Part shown: piece after piece, positions 46,511-58,139 of the stretch | How the letters are laid out: every line of letters begins with the position of its first letter | Numbering within the stretch: position 1 is the first letter of the stretch | Assembly (NCBI GenBank): GCA_002269645.1 | Contig: NIVC01000082.1 | Coordinates: forward strand, 477,199-541,198 | Source of the DNA: Macrostomum lignano | Taxonomy: Eukaryota | Length of the DNA stretch: 64,000 nucleotides | Direction of reading: 5' to 3' | Translations under genes and position numbers: made by a program | The notes under the pieces: generated by a model | What the model saw: only the letters and a program-made list of their open reading frames with translations | Databases searched by the model: none | What the model was told of the DNA's origin: nothing

Positions 46511-49500
46511 CCATTAGAAGAATCCGCCGCTTTCATCCAAGAGATTGATCCTTCAAAGCCTCTACCTGTTGATATTGAAGCTTTGCAAGCATTAAAATTT
46601 GAATCTGAGGATCCAGATGGTAAGAATTTTATTTTTTTTCTAGTAGTTTTCTACTACAGACAGAGACAGAGACAGAACATTTTTTAATCGGGCGTTTATG
46701 CACACACTGTGCTTTTGGGGTTGGTTGGTGCCATAATATTTGACAAACGGGTCAATAATTGCCACGGTCATCAAATTTACCAAAGCTGACATAAACTTGC
46801 GCATTGCAGAATCCGCTCGCAGCTATAAAGAGGAGGGCAATTATCATTTCAAGCGTCGAGAATTTCAGTCGGCCAAGGAGAACTACACTGAAGGCCTGAA
46901 ATCTGGCTGCAAACATTCCGAAATGTTGGCAGTCTTGTACACCAACAGGGCTGCCGCCGACTTCCATCTGAAGAATTATGGTAGCTGTTATAAAGATTGC
47001 GCCAAGGCGAAGCAGCTTAAGCCTGATCATTACCGGTGAGAAACTGATTTTCTATTTATGTTCTGTTCTGCTAAGTCTATGATATGTTCACTTTATCTAT
47101 TCCGCATCTATCAACAATCTATCCCGCATCTATCAACAATCTATCGACCATCTATCAATAGTCTATATCTACAATCTATTAACAATCTGCATCTCGCATC
47201 TATCAACAATATATCCCGCATCTATCAACAATCTATCCCGCATCTATCAACAATCTATCCCGCATCTTCAACAATCTATCCCGCATCTATCAACAATCTA
47301 TCGACCATCTATCAATAGTCTATATCTACAATCTATCAACAATCTATCTCGCATCTATCAACAATATATCCCGCATCTATCAACAATCTATCCCGCATCT
47401 TCAACAATCTATCGACCATCTATCAATAGTCTATATCTACAATCTATCAACAATCTATCTCGCATCTATCAACAATCTATCCCGCATCTATCAACAATCT
47501 ATCCCGCATCTATCAACAATCCATCCCGCACCTATTAAAAGTCTATCCTGCATCTATCAACAATCTATCTCGCATCTATCAACAATCCATCCCGCATCTA
47601 TCAACAATCTATCCCGCATCAATCAACAATCCATCCCGCACCTATTAAAAATCTATCCTGCATCTATCAACAATATATCCCGCATCTATCAACAATCCAT
47701 CCCGCATCTATCAACAATCCATCCCGCATCTATCAACAATCTATCCCGCATCTATCAACAATCCATCCCGCATCTATCAACAATCCATCCCGCATCTATC
47801 AACAATCCATCCCGCATCTATCAACAATCCATCCCGCATCTATCAACAATCCATCCCGCATCTATCAACAATCCATCCCGCATCTATCAACAATCCATCC
47901 CGCATCTATCAACAATCCATCCCGCATCTATCAACAATCCATCCCGCATCTATCAACAATCCATCCCGCATCTATCAACAATCCATCCCCCATCTATCCA
48001 GAGCTCACGAGCGCGGCGCCCGAGCCCTACTGTCGTTGGAACGCCACGCCGACTGCGCCGCCTGGTGCGACGAAGCCCTCAACCGGTGGGTCGCCGACCC
48101 GGAGCTTCTGCGCCTGTCCAGCCAGGCCCGCGCCGTCGCCGAGGCCAGCGCCGCCAAAGCGCGCCGCGAAGCCGCCGTTGGCAGGCGTGCCGAGCGCCAA
48201 CTCGCCGGCGTGGCGGCCGCCCTCGCTCGCCGAGGCGTCCAAATCCGGCCGGGCACCGGGCGGCTGGAGATGCCCGACGATGCCAAAGTGGAGTTCGCGG
48301 CTGGCGACGCCGATGGCAACGGCGTGCTGCGCTATCCTGTGCTGCTGCTGTATCCTGAGTTCGGCCAGACTGATTTCCTGCGCGGAGTTGACGAGACAGC
48401 TAGCCTGGCTGAGGTTCGTGTTTCGATGGCTATTGTGTTGTTTACACCCATCAGCCCGTTGAAAACGATACCGTGACAAGAGTCGCTAAGAGTCATTTCA
48501 AACAGCTCACTAGTGACTCTTGTAAGTCTGGGGCGACTCTTGTGACTTTTTAACAACTCAATCGCGTCACATGAGTTTTAGAATGGCCAGAGTCGCGAAA
48601 AAGCCGTCCAAGAATGCTGGCGCTTAACTTTCTACTAACTTAGTAGGCTATTTAGAGTGCAATTAAAGTTCAGTAGGCTAAAACTGAGTGTTCATTACAT
48701 AATGAAAAGTCCAATAGAGTCGTTTCAGACGCGTTGCAGATGACACAGGTCAAATTAGAAAGAAGTGATTCTAAACGACTCTTAAAACGACGAGATGTCC
48801 CAGTACAAGTCGCCAAAAAGTTCGCAGAAGAGGCGCTTTAGCGTCACTGTAAAATCGTTAGTGCATCACTTTTGAGTCGATGAGCATGCATTTTCTATTC
48901 GCCCAGAAATGTCGATCCAGCAGTCTGTTTAAGGCCGATAGTAACGACTCTGTAACGCGTCCAGAACGCCTCAGAAGTAACGCACTAACGATTCTACAGT
49001 GACGCGAAAGCTCTTTAGAGTTTCAATTTACAGTGGAATCCCGCCTGCCACACATGTTAAACTGCAAAAACAAAGCTTTTAAAATCAAATTTGTTTATAA
49101 AAACAATTTTCATTTATTTAATTCAACCGCTTAGTGGATGCACAATTAGTTCTTATGCTACACATATTGTCTTTTTGCTTTGGTCTTCGAATTAACAGGC
49201 ACTACGCCTTCAGCTTGTCTTAAAGAGCTTTCCTAGTAAATGCGCAGTAATTAAGTTTTGCCGATGTGCACATGCAGTATGTCACTGCTGTTTTACTTAG
49301 GTTCTGAGACAGTGAAAAATACCTAAGTAAAATACTGCTATTCTACTGCAGTTTGATAAGAATATTTTTGATGGAGATAGAGATGTTGATGGTTGGTACG
49401 CTCGTAGATGTGGATTGAGATGGTTATCATTTTAAATTCAATGTTTCCAATTAGCGCATAATTAAATCATCTCAAGGTGGCGGCAACCGTGTTTGATCCT

Positions 49501-49758
49501 AGTCAGCCACCGGCAGCCTGGAACTCAGCTAAAGCCTACAATCCAGACAGTGCTCTCTTCTACCTAGACTGCAGCAGCATCTCCGATTCAGCGGCAACAT
49601 CAAAGGCAAAACCTGAGACGCTTGATAAACGCCTAACCTTGGCCCAGGTGTTAAAACGACCAGAGGCTGCTCTGACTGGCTCTGTACTGCTGTTGACTGT
49701 ACTGCGGGCGGGACCTTATCACGACCGCTGGCTTAAGGAGTGGTGGGATTCGCAGTGA
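46511..49758 (+). CDS. TTC4: Tetratricopeptide repeat protein 4 (Cns1-like Hsp70/90 co-chaperone); start unresolved
   Basis: Exons 46511-46619, 46810-47035, 48002-48413, 49477-49758 are frame-consistent GT-AG. EALQALKF, YKEEGNYHFK, LYTNRAAA, YPVLLLYPEFGQTDF. Confidence 0.88.
47095..48000. repeat. 22-bp minisatellite filling TTC4 intron
   Basis: tatcaacaatccatcccgcatc units running to the acceptor. Confidence 0.97.
48840..49005. mobile_element. Small inverted-repeat element within a larger gagtcg/cgactc-rich repeat in a TTC4 intron
   Basis: gcgtcactgtaaaatcgttagtgc / gcactaacgattctacagtgacgc. Confidence 0.5.
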
Positions 49759-49974
49759 CTGGGAAATCTGACTAATTTTATGATCATTTATGATGAATTT
49801 TGATATCTTGTAAACTGGAGTTGTTACCAATTTGTAAGCGGTGATTGTCTGTCTGTTTGTCTGCAAGTCGGCGCACGTTTGTTAATAAAATATTATTTTT
49901 TCGATGAACTTGTTTATTTTCTTTATTCATTTGAATAAGGTCATCTTTATATATCTATATATCTTAGCTATCTT

Positions 49975-50069
49975 TATAACTAAGATAGGAGTAAGGTCAG
50001 ATTCCCTTGTGCTGAGGGTGTATATACCTGAGGATTTATAGTCAGGGACCGCTGTACACCTTAGTTATA
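49975..50069. mobile_element. 95-bp element with 10-bp TIRs (TATAACTAAG)
   Basis: TIRs visible. The internal motif ggaccgctgtacacc recurs inverted at ~57683-57750. Confidence 0.4.
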
Positions 50070-50141
50070 GACAGGCTAGCATGTCTCTGATAGTAACTTT
50101 TGGTTAACAAAGACACAGTCACCATGACTGATTGATACCTA

Positions 50142-50682
50142 CGAGGGGTGTCCAAAAGTAGTGGGAATTTTCAACATAACTCATTGTTGGATTCAGATAG
50201 ATGAACAGCGCTGAGGTTAAATGAAAGTGGCTTTATCTATCTATAACATACTTTTTGAATTTTGTAAATACCTACTGGCATTCAGAAGTTATGTCCAATC
50301 TAGTACCGTGCCCAAATTCCAAAATTCCAAAACAACAAAACATTGACTATCGATCTGTAAGAGCATATCTATTGAAGTTCTTAACACGATAGTCAGTCAC
50401 ACTCAAATATCCTTGTCGTTAGGGATGGAGACCTTTACGTTCGTAGTCACCGTTGCAGTTGACGTTCTTCTGCCAGCCAAGTCAGACAAGTATGGTCGGT
50501 AAGGCAGAAGTTCAAACTTCATGCTTTGAATTGCCTCTACTGTCCTTGAAACCGTGTGTGGTTGTGAATTGTCTTGGTGGAGCATCGGTGGATTGATCAC
50601 GGTACTAGATTGGTATTCAAAAAGTATGTTATAGATACTATGAGTTAGGTTGAAAATTCCCACTACTTTTGGACACCCCTCG
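50142..50682. mobile_element. Mariner-type MITE
   Basis: TIRs CGAGGGGTGTCCAAAAGTAGTGGGAATTTTCAAC, with TA on the left only. Confidence 0.88.
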
Positions 50683-50723
50683 AAAATTGTTAACAAAGAC
50701 ACAGTCACCTGACTGATTGATTC

Positions 50724-51284
50724 ATGGATTGGCCATCCATCCGTCGCTTATTATTCTACCCAGCTGTCACCAAGTCGCTGACGTGGCGACTGCTTGGCCT
50801 GTCTGACTGGTACAACCGCATCGATGAGCATCTCGTGCTGGGCGCGCTGCCATTGGCTAGAGAATTCCAGTCTGTAGCAAAATCTGAGAACATCAAAGCT
50901 GTACTGAGTATAAACGAACCGCACGAGGTTAAGCCGGCTTGGGTTGCCGGGGAGAAAGAGTGCCGCAGGCTGGGCCTAGCTCGGATGCAAATATCTGTAC
51001 CAGATTTTGGCGGTCATTCGCCAAGCGCTAGACAGTTGCAGAAATGCTGCGACTTTATCGAATCAACGGTTGTTAAGGGCGGCAGCGTGTACTTGCACTG
51101 CAGAGCTGGTAGGACTCGAAGCGGCACAGTGGCCGCGGCTTATCTAATGCGGCGCCATCGGTCCCTGGCGCCAGTGGATGCATGCGATAGATTGCGCGCC
51201 AAACGGCCCAGTTTACTGTTGAATCGGCCTCAGCTGGATGCGCTGCATGAATTCTGGAGATTAGAGCAGGCTAGAGAAAGATGA
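50724..51284 (+). CDS. PTPMT1: Phosphatidylglycerophosphatase / mitochondrial dual-specificity phosphatase, single exon
   Basis: RLLFYP..WYNRIDEHLVLGALP and VYLHCRAGRTRS P-loop. Confidence 0.92.
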   Translation: MDWPSIRRLLFYPAVTKSLTWRLLGLSDWYNRIDEHLVLGALPLAREFQSVAKSENIKAVLSINEPHEVKPAWVAGEKECRRLGLARMQISVPDFGGHSPSARQLQKCCDFIESTVVKGGSVYLHCRAGRTRSGTVAAAYLMRRHRSLAPVDACDRLRAKRPSLLLNRPQLDALHEFWRLEQARER

Positions 51285-51702
51285 ATTCGATTTTTTACTG
51301 CGCTTGTAAAATCCCTAGATATTTGCTAGCATTTGAGTTTCCTAGTTTAACAGATTAATCCATAATGAAGTTGTCTGTAAAGTTTTTGGTCTCGTCGTTT
51401 TTCAATAATTTCTTTAATTTTTTACCGTTTTAAATGCTTTACACTACTAAAATAGTAATCTGTAGGGTAGGCGCGCCTCACTTCCTTGAAGAATCTCCAC
51501 CAATTCCCCTGAAGATCTCTAAAAATTCCCCTGAAGTATATCCACCAATTCCTCTAAAGAATCTCCACCCGTTCCCCTGAAGAATCTTCACCAATTCCTT
51601 TAAAATATATATATATATCTTACATTTAATTTAGGTTTCGCAGCAGATAATGTAATTCATTGTAATTGCTACGTAATTATTTTGTACTTTAATTTATTTC
51701 AG

Positions 51703-54700
51703 GAGAACTCAAAGCCGTATACAGCCTTGCTGCTGTTTCGTTTCTTTTTTATATTTTTGCCACAAACTGGCTATCTGCATCCGGATGAGTTTATGCAGTC
51801 AATTGAGATTTCTGCGGGTAAGAAATATATTTGTTTTCTTCCCTCCCACTAGCGCACGAACCGCCCCCTCAATTTATTTCCCTGCCCGCTTGCACACTAA
51901 CCACCCCCTCAATTTATTTCCCTGCCCGCTGGCACGCTAACCACCCCCTCAATTTATTTCTCTGCCCGCTAGCACACTAACCACCCCCTCAATTTATTTC
52001 CCTGCCCGCTAGCACACTAACCACCCCCTCAATTTATTTCCCTGCCCGCTTGCACACTAACCACCCCCCTCAATTTATTTCCCTGCCCGCTAGCGCACTA
52101 ACCACCCCCCTCAATTTATTTCCCTGCCCGCTAGCACACTAACCACCCCCTCAATTTATTTCCCTGCCCGCTAGCACACTAACCACCCCCTCAATTTGTT
52201 TCCCTGCCCGCTAGCACACTAACTACCCCCCTCCATTTATTTCTCTGGCCGCTAGCGCACGATTACGAACCAACCCCTTTATTTATTTCTCTGACCGCTT
52301 GCGCACCAACCAACCCATCGATTAACTTCTCTGACCCGCTAGCACTTCAACCTAACTTCAATTTTATGACCAACCGACCAGCTATCAAGCTAGCAAGCTG
52401 TGTAACCGTATGTATTTTTATCTTTGAAAATCGCAGGCGACCTCCTCGGTGTCCGAACCAGCCCGCCACCCTGGGAGTTCACCGTTGATCGTCCAATCCG
52501 TAGCGCCGCCATACTCCATCTGTTCTATCACGGCCCGCTACTATTATTTAAACATCTGCTAGTGGACGGTTTCTCTTGGTACGTTGACGCCTACTTTGTT
52601 GTGATAGTCACCCGGCTGTCTATAGCAGTTTTGTCGCTAGCAAATGACGCTATGGTAGCTTTACTGGCTAGAGAGCTCGGTCTGGACACGTTTCGCTGCC
52701 TGTTCCTCTACTCTTCATCGTACATAGTCATGGTGCACGGTACTAGAACTCTGAGCAATGCCATTGAGTCGAGTCTTCTAGCTATTGTTTTTATCTGCCT
52801 ACTGTTTGCCTTCAATGCCTATTCCGCGCCTGGCAATAGTCGTCATACACTAGTAAAGGTGCTCCTATCAACAGCCGGAATTGTCACCGCTATCGGGGTT
52901 ATGAATCGGCCAACTTTTGTCGCCTTCGCCGCTGTGCCCTATCTCTACACAGCCTGGCGTTGCGCCCGCTCGCTAGTCGATCCTATTGGCGCCTGTTTCA
53001 ATTTTGGCGCCACAATTCTGGCCGCATTTAGCGCCGCATTTGTCTCGTTAGTGTTGTACGATACGCTGACTTTTAATCCGACATTTGCTAGCAGATTCGC
53101 CTCGTTGGGTATGGACGAATTTCTAACCGTGAATGGCGCTTTCGATTTCCTGTCAGATTTTGCGCGATCGGCTGTTGTAACACCCTGGAACTTTGTTAGG
53201 TAGGCTGTGCCTGTTTTCCAATGATATTTATGCAGTTCACAATATCCTAGGAACCTATCACACTCCGCTTTCCTACCCCTTATACAGCCACCTCACTCCG
53301 CTTTCCTACCCCTTATGCAGCCACCTCACTCCGCTTTCCTACCCTTTATGCACCCACCTCACTCCGCTTTCATACCCTTTATGCACCCACCTCACTCCGC
53401 TTTCCTACCCTTTATGCACCCACCTCAGTCCGCTTTCCTACCCCCTTATGCACCCACTTCACTCTGCTTTCCTACCCCCTTATGCACCCACCTCAGTCCG
53501 CTTTCCTACCCCCTTATGCACCCACCTCACTCCGCTTTACCTCACTCCGCTTTCCTACCCTTATGCACCCACCTCACTCCGCTTTCCTAACCCCCTGTCG
53601 TAACCCGGGTCGGTTCGGGTGCCCAGCCCAAGTACAGTACGTTGGTACCTGCAGGCGTTGTGACGCTCTGCCAAGATGGTATTACTGCTGACAGGCGTTA
53701 TGACGCTCTGAGTACCAGGTTGCTCGTTCTGGTGTGATGACGCTCAGAACTAGCGTTGCCCCCAGAGGTGTTGCGACACTCTCTAGTGCTTATACAGTGG
53801 GTATACAGTATAAGTAAAAATAAAGTATGATATACAGGGTCCGCTCTCCTGGCGTTATGACGCTTTGGCGAGAATTTACTGTAATCTCTCAAGCTTCCCA
53901 GGAAAGACTGAGTTAAAACAGGCGGCTTACCGGTAGCCGAGTTATGAGATGCGCGTTTGCCCTGTGGCCGAGCTATCAGATGCACGTGTACCCTTTTTGG
54001 GTCGTTGATTTTATTTCAGCAAGAAAATGCCGAAGAAAAAAGGCGAGTCAGAAAAACCTGGAGCGCAAATTAATAAATACCACCACAGGCTTAGGTTTAA
54101 GGGGGGGGGGCAGACGGCTTCACCGGCTGAGCCCACAAAAATTAGAGCAAAATAACAAACGCGCACTGGTCAGCCAATCAAAACCCCGCCTAGGGGGGGG
54201 GGGCGCTCCCACGCTAAAGCCGGCCCGGCCGCAGCCAACCAGCCCTGAGCACGGGGCAGGGGACACGGCTGGGGAGGGGCACGCGCAAAGCCCGGCTGCC
54301 AGCCAGACCCTGCCACGCCCGCCAACCCCCTTGCCAGCCCCAAAGTGCATCGCGCCCTGCAAACCGACAAGGGCACATGCACTACACCCTTATGCACCCA
54401 CCTCACTCCGCTTTCCTACCCCTTATGCAGCCACCCCATCCTGCTTTCCTACCCCCTTATGCACCCACCTCACTCCGCTTTCCTACCCCCTTATGCAGCC
54501 ACCTCAGTCCGCTTTCCTACCCCTTATGCACCCACTTCAGTCCGCTTTCCTACCCCCTTATGCACCCACTTCACTCTGCTTTCCTACCCCCTTATGCACC
54601 CACCTCAGTCCGCTTTCCTACCCCCTTATGCACCCACCTCACTCCGCTTTACTACCCCCTTATGCACCCACCTCACTTCGCTTTATTTCCACCCTTACCT

Positions 54701-55572
54701 CACCATTTCTTTTTCCTCAGCTACAACTCTCAATCGGAGAACCTGGCTCAACACGGTACACACCCTCGCTGGCTTCACCTGATCAATCTGGCTTTGTTGC
54801 TAGGCCCAGCTGCCCCAGTATTCGTCCGTCACGCCTGGGCTACTCTACGACAGTCGGCTCAGCAGCAGCAGCAACAGCAGCAGCAGCTCAGTAAAGCTAT
54901 TGTTCTCGCCTGTCTAGTACCTTTAGCCGCTCTATCACTGTTTCCGCATCAGGAGCTTCGCTTCCTAGTCCCGCTGTTGCCTTAGCAACCGTATGCGTCG
55001 CTCAACGACTCCGCTGTCGCCTGCCAATATTTAGCTTCGCCTTGCCCTGGATCGCTTTCAACGCTATCGCCGTGATTGGCTTGGGATTTCTGCACCAGGG
55101 CGGCGTCCTCCCCATGACCGCTCATGTTGGCGAGCTGATTCGCTCGACCAATAGTCGACTGCAGCCGCAGCAGGAGCCTCTCTGCCATCGGTTGCTGTTC
55201 CTAGGCACTTATCCGCCGCCGCAGCACACCCTGCTACTGCCGCAGTCTACCTGTGTACAACTCGAAGATCTCATGGGCAACCGGACTGCGCTGGAGTCCC
55301 GGGCTGCCCAGCTTCGATCGGATCGAGTCGCCTCAGTCTATGCCGTGTTCTCCGCAGTTCACGCCGATCCCGTTAGAGCCGCATTCGCTAAATCTCGCTA
55401 CGGTTTAAAGTACGCAGCCAGGGTGTACGGCCACCTGTCCGCTGAGAGCCTACCCCCGGCCAGGAGAGTGTTGGCGCGCCTGTCCGAGTCTTCTTCGCCA
55501 GTTGTCGAAGCCGGACGATCGCTGTCCGAGGCTCTGTCCATTATGGTGTTTCATCTTGTGTTAACCGCCTAA
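51703..55572 (+). CDS. PIGZ: GPI mannosyltransferase 4 (Smp3/PIG-Z), with one apparent frameshift
   Basis: Exons 51703-51817, 52437-53199, 54721-55572. QTGYLHPDEF, PWEF..IRS, TRTLSNAIES, NLAQHGTHPRWLH, PHQELRFL, FLHQGGV. A -1 frame switch near 54980. Start unresolved. Confidence 0.88.
51840..52330. repeat. 40-41-bp minisatellite in PIGZ intron
   Basis: ccctgcccgctagcacactaaccaccccctcaatttattt units. Confidence 0.95.
53225..54700. repeat. 32-33-bp minisatellite in PIGZ intron, split by an insertion
   Basis: tatgcacccacctcactccgctttcctacccct units at 53225-53595 and 54387-54700. Confidence 0.95.
53596..54386. mobile_element. ~790-bp insertion, probable solo LTR
   Basis: Unique sequence with TG...CA ends interrupting the array at a cccc run; contains CCAAT and AATAAA. 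Confidence 0.55.
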
Positions 55573-55619
55573 CTTGCTGGTTCTTCTGTCATAGAGCTCT
55601 GGAGGTAGGGAAATTTCTA

Positions 55620-55860
55620 TCTCACTCCATTTTCCTGTCCCTAGACACCCACCTCACTCCACTTTCTAGCCCCTAGACACCCACCTCACTCCACCTTCTA
55701 GCCCCTAGACACCCACCTCACTCCCCTTTCTAGCCCCTAGACACCCACCTCACTCCATTTTCTAGCGCTAGACACCCACCTCACTCCACTTTCTAGCCCC
55801 TAGACACCCACCTCACTCCATTTTCTAGCGCTAGACACCCACCTCACTCCATTTTCTACC
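55620..55860. repeat. 32-bp minisatellite (agacacccacctcactccactttctagcccct)
   Basis: About 7 units just after PIGZ. Confidence 0.93.
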
Positions 55861-56444
55861 CAAAAACTCCTATTTCACTCTATTGTCTCAACCAAATGCT
55901 GCAATAATGTCTTATATTCATTTTGCAATTTATAGATTTATCCATTCTATAAACGCACCTTGATCTGTCAGTGAATTTGCATGTTTGTTTCAATTTTTTC
56001 TACTTTTTAATCTTATAATTTTGTGCTATCCGAATTTTCAATAGAAAATCAGTATTTATCGATATTACTTAATGCTTAGTTTTGTACAATAAATCGATTA
56101 TTTAACATCTGTAGTTTTTAATTACTATTACTTCATGCTTATATTTAGTTTTGCTCACACGGAATTATGCAGCTCATATAAAGTTAATGCACATTCACTA
56201 GTATTGCTACTCTAAGTACCAATTAACAGCTTTTTTCTTTGATTTTTTGCATAAAAATGCATTATTAATTCCGTCTTGTCTACGTTGTCAAGCACATGAA
56301 TTTTATTCTCCATATTATTACACAATATATTAAGGACAGGTGCAATAAATACGGTTTTTCCTATTTCATTCTTGTAACAATAAGCTACCAAATCAGATGA
56401 CTTTGCTTGGTTTAAGTTTTTTTATAATCGACCCCATCCAAATC

Positions 56445-57150
56445 TCTACCCAAGCTCATCGACCCCATTCGATCTCTACCCCAAGCTCATCCACCCCATT
56501 CCGATCTCTACCCCAAGCTCATCCACCCCATTCCGATCTCTACCAAGCTCATCCACCCCATTCCGATCTCTACCCCAAGCTCATCCACCCCATTCCAATC
56601 TCTACCCCAAGTTCATCCACCCATTCCAATCTCTACCCAAGCTCATCCACCCCATTCCAATCTCTACCCCAAGTTCATCCACCCCATTCCAATCTCTACC
56701 CCAAGTTCATCCACCCCATTCCGATCTCTACCCCAAGCTCATCCACCCCATTCCAATCTCTACCCCAAGCTCATCCACCCCATTCCAATCTCTACCCCAA
56801 GTTCATCCACCCCATTCCAATCTCTACCCCAAGTTCATCCACCCCTTCCGGATCTCTACCCCAAGCTCATCCACCCCATTCGATCTCTACCCCAAGCTCA
56901 TCCACTCCATTCCGATCTCTACCCCAAGCTCATCCACCCCATTCCGATCTCTACCCCAAGCTCACCCACCCCATCCCCATCTCTACTCCAAGCTCACCCA
57001 CCCTACCCGATCTTTACTCCAAGCTCACCCACCCCATCCCCATCTCTACTCCAAGCTCACCCACCCATCCCCATCTCTACTCCAAGCTCACCCACCCTAC
57101 CCCGATCTTTACCCCAAGCTCACCCACCCCACCCCATTCTCTACCCCAAG
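56445..57150. repeat. 32-bp minisatellite (caccccattccgatctctaccccaagctcatc)
   Basis: About 22 units. Confidence 0.95.
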
Positions 57151-57419
57151 CTTACGGTCGTTCATCGCAAAGACGCAACATTTCTTGATTACACCGTCTG
57201 AGTGTTTTTAGATGCGTTTTTTGAAGAAAAAATCTACATTAACCTCAGTCTTCAGTTTCCTTAGCCAATCGCGTGGCTTACTGTGTTGGAAGAACCGCAT
57301 TGGCTAGCAGAAACGAATTTATGCATAAAAATTTCTTAGTAAAAATGTATCAATGGACTGCAAAAATATACATAAAAATACTCATTAATTGACACTTCTT
57401 ATTGAAAAACAAGAAAGGC

Positions 57420-58090
57420 ATGCAGTCTGGAAACAGTCGGAATCCACTGTTGCAGCAGCAGCAACAACACAGTTTAATGCCGCAGCAGTTGCAGCAACAA
57501 CGGCAGCAGCAGCGGCGGTCTGCCAGTTTTCGCGGTTGTCCACCAGCTGGCGGGCGACGCCCTCTGCTGTCCGATTCGAGCTCCCTGCAGCAGCCGCAGC
57601 GGCCTGAGAGTCCTATGGGTGAGGCATGCAAGCACGCCAATACTGTACATGTACTTAGGCAAGCATTTGTACACCACGCTCACATAGGGTGTACAGCGGT
57701 CCTTGACTTTCTAATCGTCAGGCATTATAAGAGCCGTACACTCAGTCTGGACAAATTTTCGTGCAGAAGCGCGAGATTCGGACCTTGTCTGACCTACCCC
57801 GAGGCACAAATTTTTGCTTTGCTAACTAACGATCCAAAACAATCCTTGCTATAAGCCCCAGTAATCAATACAGTGCACTTACATACCGCACTCAGCCATC
57901 GACCCGTCCAAGCTGGCGCCAAAACGGTCGAGCTTCTCCGACGCCGTCAGCCTCTCCCCAGCGCGCCGTAGAAAATTTGCCACCCCAGCCCCGGGAGAAT
58001 CCGAAGTGTTCGACCGGCGACTGGAGGACTCGTTGCGTGATTTGCGAATCATGCAGACAAGACAGCTGGCTCGTCAGCAGGGTGCCAGCG
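57420..58090 (+). CDS. 5' exons of an unidentified Q/S-rich protein; probably continues at 63973 and beyond the window
   Basis: Exon 57420-57618 (MQSGNSRNPLLQQQQ..PESPM), phase-1 splice to 57896-58090 (AIDPSKLAPKRSSFSDAVSLSPARRRKF..), and a phase-1 compatible acceptor at 63972 (GLTATSSSS). Confidence 0.65.
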
Positions 58091-58139
58091 GTGAGAGCCA
58101 TTCTCTGTAGAAATGTACGCCTTAGCCATATTCCTTCCT

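Noticed and set aside
54968-54985. GT...AG micro-intron removing the PIGZ stop
   Set aside because: 18 nt is too short and keeps the wrong frame.
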